Assembly: GCA_044892525.1 (NCBI GenBank) | Contig: CM097885.1 | Coordinates: 45,448,001-45,512,000, forward strand | Length of the DNA stretch: 64,000 bases | Source: Schmidtea polychroa | Lineage: Eukaryota | Direction of reading: 5' to 3' | In this document: positions 57,501 to 64,000 of the stretch, one piece after another | How positions within the stretch are numbered: the stretch's first letter is position 1 | Layout: each line of letters begins with the position of its first letter | Notes under the pieces: generated by a model | Told to the model about the DNA's origin: nothing | Seen by the model: the letters and a program-made list of their open reading frames with translations, nothing else | Database searches by the model: none | Translations under genes and position numbers: made by a program

Positions 57501-58657
57501 ACAACCACTGACAACTTGGCTAATTTAACCCCTGTTATGCCAGAAGTAGAACCCAGGTATACCAGAAAAGACAAGGGACTTCGCTTAAACTAGGATACAT
57601 GTTCCTTACAACCATGAACCAAGAACAATGAGGAACATATATTACAGTTATAATCGCTAAATACCTAAACGGAAAAACTAACAAAATTGTCTAATAACTA
57701 TTACCTTACAATACATAAATTATTCAATTAAATGCAATAAAAGCGAAAAATCATTCAATGAAATCAAAAAGAAAAAGAAATTTTTTTTTTTAATTTTATT
57801 TAAGGAATCATTTTAAACACTGTAAAAGCCTTACTGATGATGTGGAAGGGTGAGTGAAAGGAGAGTCACTCGAAATTCCCCCAAGTTCAAACTATTGGCT
57901 TACATTTCCATGACATCGATCCAAAATTGGATAATGAATAGAAATCCCCATCTAAACACTTTGCAAATTGAATAAGTTGGCATAATTTGGGTTACCGCCA
58001 AACAGCAATATGTCGAATACTCTATCCGATGGAAGGGTCGAGCCCGAAACGGAGGGTTTGGAAATCCATTTCTGAAATAAAGCGAATTTATCAGAATCAA
58101 AATTTGACTTACCCACTGAATAGCAATCGATGATCTGGCCACCTACAACCACTATGGTCAGGGATTGCGAAGAGCCGACATAAATTCGGACAATTAACAA
58201 TGCCGCTTTCCATAGTGGGTCTTAGTAGCATAATTTTGCTGAATAAAAGAAAAATTTTTTTAAAAAGGAAACTAATGTGAAATAACAAGTTAAACTTTTA
58301 GATAAGTTAAACAAATTCATTCGAATATGTGATTTTAATTTAATTTATGAAATTCTAATTTTTCTATTTTAATTTTGTCCACCCTTAAGTTGTTAAGCCC
58401 AATTTACCAATCTTTAATGTATGAACTTAATTTAATTTAGTAATCCGGATCTAATCTATTAAATTGGATATATGAACCAAATATGGAAATTAATTTGTAA
58501 ATTAATTTACTTTACCTACAAAATCATTGTCTGTTGAATTGGTTGTGTATTATGCTTGAATATAAATTGTAATAGGGTGTTTGGACACTTTGGAGTGATC
58601 GAACGTAAATAAAGGTACAAAGATTCGTTTTAATATTTTTGTTTTATCATTACAGTC

Positions 58658-59140
58658 ATGTCCAATGCTGAATTAAGAAAGGTACGGGAAAACCACTCGT
58701 CGACCGACTTGAGCCTAGGAATTACCGGCGATGGGGCAGACGAAGCCGTCCGATTGGAGGAGAACGCAGAAATCGCCCGGCTACGGTCCAGATGGATCTG
58801 GTACAAGATTCATGATTGGACCTACCAGAATGTGGTCCCGGTGATTCCAAAGGTGGAGCCATATCTCAACCATTCGGCATTGGCGTTGATCGACGCATTC
58901 GACGATGCGAAGGAGGCGGTGGACCGGTTGCATCGGCTCGAAATATCAGTCCTGACCGGCGAGCTGGAAGACATCGACGGCTACGCCCGAGCCCAATGTC
59001 ATCCAAAACGAACCGCGGCTCTCCAACGTGGGTTGGAATACCCAAGAAGACCTCAACGGGAACTAGAACGACTGGGAAAACGCGGACGCCCGCGAAAAAA
59101 CCGCCAGCTCGACCAAGGAGAGTACGGGACCGAAGGCTAG
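58658..59140 (+). CDS. ORF X (copy 3), orphan protein with C-terminal AT-hook
   Basis: 160 aa, intact; IARLRSRWIWYKIHDW motif and KRGRPRK. GC-rich island in AT-rich DNA, with an AG acceptor 2 nt before the ATG. Confidence 0.78.
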   Translation: MSNAELRKVRENHSSTDLSLGITGDGADEAVRLEENAEIARLRSRWIWYKIHDWTYQNVVPVIPKVEPYLNHSALALIDAFDDAKEAVDRLHRLEISVLTGELEDIDGYARAQCHPKRTAALQRGLEYPRRPQRELERLGKRGRPRKNRQLDQGEYGTEG

Positions 59141-59591
59141 CGGGCGCGGTACAACTAACGTCCGTGTTGTGTCAAAATGAAGAACTTGTGATAAAAACTA
59201 ATTATTATGTGATGACCCGTTATTGGGTGTATTGTGTGATATTATGTACTGGGTTAAGCATTTTTGATCCAGGGTTCGAATATTATTCGTTAGGTCTTAA
59301 TAGTTCATAATTGTTTAATGTTTGTTTGTGTCTTGGTGGCCGATGATAACTTAATTGGGTGGATTGTTTGGTTCTTAGTAATGTTCATGACGCGGAGTAT
59401 TATTATTGTTGACTACAATTTTCTACAGCGTTGACAGCCCTATAAGGTTGGGTAAGATACATAGGATACGGTTTTGGGGAGCGCGTAGCGGAGGACTGCG
59501 ACGAGGGGATTACCTTCATTTAGCATTGATGCTCATAATAACGCTCGACCCTCGATGCTGATGTAAAATTCCTTGATGTTATTTCGTTTTA

Positions 59592-60020
59592 GTGCTAAAA
59601 CTCCTGGAAGAGATGCGAGCAGATAGGGAACGGGCGCAACAACAGGCAGAGGAATACCGGGCCAAGCTAGCACGAGTCAAGGCCCACTGCCGGAATTTCG
59701 AATGCACCTGGTTCCCGCCAGCGGAAATGAAAAAACGGATGGAGTTGATCACTCAAATACAACTCCAGAGTGCACAAGATCAGGTTGAGTTGCGGGCCCT
59801 CCGCCTGAGAGTGAGAGAGCTGGAGGTCAAGGTACACCAACAGGACCTTGATCGAGAGGTCATTGCCAAGATCCGACCCATGAGTGAGTTGCTCCACCAA
59901 TCGAAGGGGTGCCCCCCAGCAACAGCAATCCCGAGGAAGAAGATTCGGCCGGGTAAAGCGGCGCGAGCGAGAATAAGGCAAGCCAGCCAGGCCCAATTAA
60001 CTCTCCATTCTAATGGATAA
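59592..60020 (+). CDS. ORF Y (copy 3), orphan coiled-coil protein with basic C-terminus
   Basis: 142 codons open; begins at ttttag|tg; RKKIRPGKAARARIR tail; aataaa at ~60074. Confidence 0.78.
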   Translation: MLKLLEEMRADRERAQQQAEEYRAKLARVKAHCRNFECTWFPPAEMKKRMELITQIQLQSAQDQVELRALRLRVRELEVKVHQQDLDREVIAKIRPMSELLHQSKGCPPATAIPRKKIRPGKAARARIRQASQAQLTLHSNG

Positions 60021-60134
60021 GAGGCTACACCAAGAGAATCAACCAGGACACTATAAGTTGTCCATGTTGTCCGAATAAATCTTTACTGGTGTATCCATGT
60101 CTGTATCTTTGATTTTTTTTTGTTGATGATTATG

Positions 60135-60373
60135 GCCACGGGGACGAAAAGAAACCGGACATAGACCTTCTATCGGTAGTCCGTGAACCCCAGTGGGTAC
60201 TAGACAACTATAGTATGTTAAGCATGCTCACTTTTTGCTAGTGCCCAAACCCTTGATACAGTTCCAACGTTGATTGCTCAACGGGTATCAAGTGGTCAGC
60301 TATAAATTGTATTCTGGGTTACGCTGGAAACAGCATGAGGAGGTAAAGGTTTTTCAGTACCTGTAACCCACCA
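60135..60373 (+). ncRNA. Conserved structured 3'-terminal RNA/ssDNA element (family unknown)
   Basis: Four divergent copies keep the same stems with compensatory changes (see findings). Confidence 0.65.
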
Positions 60374-61831
60374 ATAGCATCTTCGAGAAAAGGCTGTGCA
60401 TCAAATGGCAGAGTGATCCAATTTGGTATATCGAGATTCTGCATGTCTGCATAGCGTTTGCGCATATCGTCTTTCAGATTGGTAAGATATTGAGTGAGGC
60501 AGACTATTTCTGCATCCGTGATATCATTTGAAACACTGTTGAGGGAGGCGAAGTTGACAAAATATCTCCGATCTAGTTGCATCCGCCACAAATCCAATTT
60601 ATCCATGAAAGTTAAGACTTTGGTCTTACAGTGAATAAGGGTAACCCCAGTGCCTTGTAAGTCTCTATTAAGTTGATTCAGCTTATCGAAAATGTCAGCT
60701 AGGTAATATATCCGACGTTTCAAGTACAAATCTTGTAGCTCCATGAACTGCGCGTTGTCGCAAAGAAATGTGCATACTGTGTCAAACAGTTCCACAAATC
60801 GACGGAGACACTTGCCTTTAGATAACCACCTTACCTCAGTATGCATGAGTAATCTTATATAGTTCTCGTCCTCATTGTAACACAGTTGCTTAAAGAGACG
60901 ATCGAATTTAGCGTTGGACTTTATGATGTTGACTGCCCTGATAACGATTTGCAGAGCATGGTGAAGGTCACCGCTGAGTTTCTTTGCAGCTAAATGCTCT
61001 CGGTGTAGCATGCAGTGAATGCCGAAAATGTGAGGCACGAAATTCTTAAGTCGTGTGATAAATCCTTGATGGCATCCGACCATTGATGGGGCGCCATCAG
61101 TGGCACAAGCAAGAATATTAAGAGGAGGAATTTGTTTTTCTGCGAAATAATTTTCTGTGACTCGAAATATAGACTCCCCTGTTGTATCAGACACTAGCGT
61201 TCGCGCGAACAAGAATTCCTCTTTCATGGCCCCATCATCAATGAAACGGGCATAGGCCAATAGTACGGCCTCACTGTCACGAACGGTAGACTCATCTAAT
61301 TGCATGGTGAAATGTGTGCCTTGCAACTTATACACAAGCTGCTCCTCAATGTTCGCTGCCATTACGTCTATTCGACGGGATACCGAGTTGTTGGACAATG
61401 GCAATTGGGAGAGGACGTCATGCGGATCTATTTTCATCATAGTTTTCATCACCACTCTAAGTGCAGGAATTATGAGGTTCTCCCCGATCGTGTGTGGCTT
61501 CCAAGATTTAGAAATTAGCGCTGCTCTTTCATAACTAGCTTCCAATCCGTCCTCGTTCTTTGAATTTTGTGCTTTGAATAGTGAAGTAATTGTTGCACGT
61601 TCCCGGTATTCTTTTCCCAATTTCTGGAAATAGGCGAGACTTTCAGTAGCCTTATCAGAATGAACTTGACTGAGATGGTCTTTCAGGCGTGAGGGCTTCA
61701 TTGCTTCATTTGAAAAAGTCTTTACAGAGCAAACACTGCGGAATGCGCTCATCATGGCAAGCAGTAATGAAGCCAAATTTGAGGTAGTCAATATTATAGC
61801 TGCGGGTCACAATTTTAATTTTAGGAGGCAT
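60374..61831 (-). pseudogene. Charlie/Buster (ZBED5/SCAND3-like) transposase, main part
   Basis: QLDEST, CATDGAPSM, IHCMLHREHL and HTEVRWLSKG motifs. The true N-terminus MPPKIK...YLKFGF...PQCLLC is frameshifted relative to the tracked ORF. Confidence 0.95.
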
Positions 61832-62643
61832 TACGTAAGAGTGAATCAAAATAATAATAATGATGGTACAATGTGAAAACCACTAATTCCATGATTAATA
61901 ACTAAATGCTGCCAAATTTAATAAAATGAAACATACCTGAAATCTACATGTGCCCCGTCCTGTATGTGTGTTATAATTCACCGTTGCTACATCATGATGT
62001 TAGTCTTATGCATGCAGATAATTGCTACTTTTATCTAACGCGCTATGTGTCACTGTACAGTGTACAGTGTACATGAAATACATACAGTGGTCACCTATTG
62101 CATTTCACGACAGATTTAATCTGCACTGGTTAATAGGTGCTATGCGTCATCATGTGAAGAATGAGATTTTATTATAATTCAATATATTTCCTGTTAAATT
62201 TCTTTTTGTCGACCTTTCCTATCGCCCATCGTCAATCTCAATCTCATATCGCCCACTAGTGGCTATATTTTATTAGGCTTCTAGAAGCTAATTATAGAAG
62301 CTGTATAAAAAAATTTAAAAATTTTTAGTTTGTGTCATTTTGAAATCTTTTATTAAAAAAATTCATTATATTTACAACCAATGAGAATTAAGAGAAAGGA
62401 AATAAAAGAAAGATTGAAAGGTATTTTGTGGAAGAACATTGCTAAATTCCAGGAGATTGACAAGGACTATGTTATAGTCGATAATCTTTTCATTAAATAC
62501 ATTATTTGCAGCAAAAGGCTTAAATTATCATTTTATATTTCTAAGGTACTTGTTACATTTATATTAGTGTTGATTTTATTTTCATAATTAAAAGAAATAC
62601 AACTAAAATGTTTTATTTTAGAGCAAAATCATTTTATTTAAAT

Positions 62644-63384
62644 TTAATAATCTACATATTCATTTCTTTGATTATTTGCCGTCATAATAATAATAATAAT
62701 GCTGGCCAGCACAATACAAATGAACTGCAGAACGATATAAACCAAAGATAAATAAAAGAAAATTCTTCTAATAGGTCCATAATAGATCCATATGTTATCC
62801 AAACAAATATCTTGTCTTATTGCAGTCTCGTAATTCTCATTAAATTTATTTAATCCAGAACTGGAAAAATTTCCACAATTTTTGGAAGGTTCTTTACAAC
62901 AATAATCTGGCAGTTGTATTGCTTTTACCAAGTAATTAGAAAAACAACATTCCATTTTCGGTTTCTCGTAATTTGGCAATGTATAATGACCCTTAATCAT
63001 AACTGCTAGGCGATCTCTTATTGTTAAAATCGTTTTCATTACGTCAAATTGTGTATTATTTGATAGTAATTTTTCAATATCAACTGCTCCATAAAAGACA
63101 AATGTCATGACGGAGGCCTCAATTATTAGAACTGCACTTTGTAAAATAATAAATGAAAGGAGCATACATTTGTTTTCAAACATTGCTCCGAAAAATCCAA
63201 GGGAGGCTATCCCAACAACACCAGTGCCCAAACCAATGAGCAATTTGTTAGCAACGTTGATGAAGGAATTTTCCACAACATCATTCACTTGAATATATGT
63301 AAGGTAAATTACTTCCGAAATCCCTATGACAATAAATAATCCGTTGATGATAAACAATAAAAAGAGAGGATTGCAAAGAATCAT
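62644..63384 (-). CDS. Tetraspanin-family protein (intronless), paralogue B
   Basis: 246 aa, close paralogue of 44164..44901 with the same TM and Cys pattern. Confidence 0.9.
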   Translation of the reverse strand: MILCNPLFLLFIINGLFIVIGISEVIYLTYIQVNDVVENSFINVANKLLIGLGTGVVGIASLGFFGAMFENKCMLLSFIILQSAVLIIEASVMTFVFYGAVDIEKLLSNNTQFDVMKTILTIRDRLAVMIKGHYTLPNYEKPKMECCFSNYLVKAIQLPDYCCKEPSKNCGNFSSSGLNKFNENYETAIRQDICLDNIWIYYGPIRRIFFYLSLVYIVLQFICIVLASIIIIIMTANNQRNEYVDY

Positions 63385-63555
63385 TTACATTAATTTATGA
63401 AAAATTCAATAAATGATGTTTTGTAAATCAATCTCAATCTTTTCTTTATTTTACCTTAAATATGTTAGAGTTAAGTAAAATTGATTTGGAGGCACAGAAT
63501 CGTGTGAAAGGCATTTTTATCAAACGAGACTTGAAAAACAGACTTATTCCGGAAT

Positions 63556-63924
63556 CAGTGGCGTACCAAGGATTTCTGGGGCCCTTGTGCAGATTTTGGG
63601 AGTCCCAAATAGTAAATATATAGTAAATATAGTAAATATCAACAAAACTCTATGACCTCTGCCATGATGTCGTTATACCGCCAACGTCAAGTAAAGCAAA
63701 TAATTTAATAGATGAATGGGTGTTACATATGTGGTTTACAACTATATCCAATATAGATTCCTAATAATATTAAATGTATAAACCGTCCAAACTGTGGTTG
63801 CTGTCTTAATAAAAACAAAACAAACGCCAAAGCGATGCTTGGTTTGATGACAATCGGGGAATTTATAATGCTCGAACGTATAAAATTTCCTGCACAACCT
63901 GCACAACCTATTGCTACGCCACTG
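63556..63924. mobile_element. hAT-type MITE (369 bp) upstream of tetraspanin B
   Basis: TIRs cagtggcgtaccaa / ttgctacgccactg; perfect 8-bp TSD tccggaat. Empty site in unit A (ttctggaatgtcgg, ~45070). Confidence 0.93.
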
Positions 63925-64000
63925 TCCGGAATGTCGGTCAAGAGGTGATCGTACCGATGCCATGAAACTGATGCCGGTTTCCCCGAGTCAATCAAGGTTT

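Larger units (their letters stand above)
54570..60373 (+). mobile_element. Complete copy 3 (5804 bp) of the TG...CA element family
   Basis: Splits the hAT transposase ORF. atag TSD at 54566-54569 and 60374-60377. Starts TGTTGGGCTAGAAC and ends GTAACCCACCA. Confidence 0.95.
54121..62262 (-). mobile_element. hAT Charlie/Buster-type DNA transposon, interrupted and truncated at one end
   Basis: Terminus CAGTGTTTCCCAACC at 54121, at a site that is empty in unit A (gcattaaag|gaac, ~43449). Contains a ZBED5/SCAND3-like transposase. The other end stops at atcgcccactagtgg with no matching TIR. Confidence 0.88.

Noticed and set aside
60316..60340. Group II intron domain V resemblance (gctg-GAAA-cagc followed by a short bulge)
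   Set aside because: No AGC/CGC triad or contiguous lower helix, no domain VI, and no intron-type boundaries.
60319..60373. C-terminus GGLQVLKNLYLLMLFPA of the 490-aa transposase ORF
   Set aside because: Read-through into the inserted element; the real C-terminus is at 54250-54569.

Overview
Very AT-rich eukaryotic DNA, probably an invertebrate, made almost entirely of nested mobile elements, (AAT)n microsatellites and gene remnants. The only intact host-type genes recognised are two intronless tetraspanin paralogues in a local segmental duplication. Three structures stand out. (1) 17690-31755 is a 14-kb element with Maverick/Polinton-type AGTAGT...ACTACT termini and a perfect 6-bp target-site duplication (cactat). 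It is almost entirely two ~6.6-6.8 kb inverted arms around a ~0.7 kb spacer, has no recognisable core genes, and is inserted into a Penelope-like remnant. (2) A related, decayed Maverick appears to end at 13856; the region upstream of that end holds an integrase C-terminus, a GxGLYL-motif small ORF and an IAP-type RING. (3) An unrecognised family of 5.5-5.8 kb TG...CA elements with 4-bp ATAG duplications is present as two complete copies, one interrupted copy and one 3' fragment. It has no RT, integrase or transposase. It carries two conserved orphan ORFs (an AT-hook protein and a coiled-coil protein with a basic tail) and a ~240-nt 3'-terminal segment whose stems covary between copies and which ends in a tRNA-like acceptor stem plus ACCA. 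Alignments and translations beyond the ORF track were done by eye; boundaries without a TSD are approximate.
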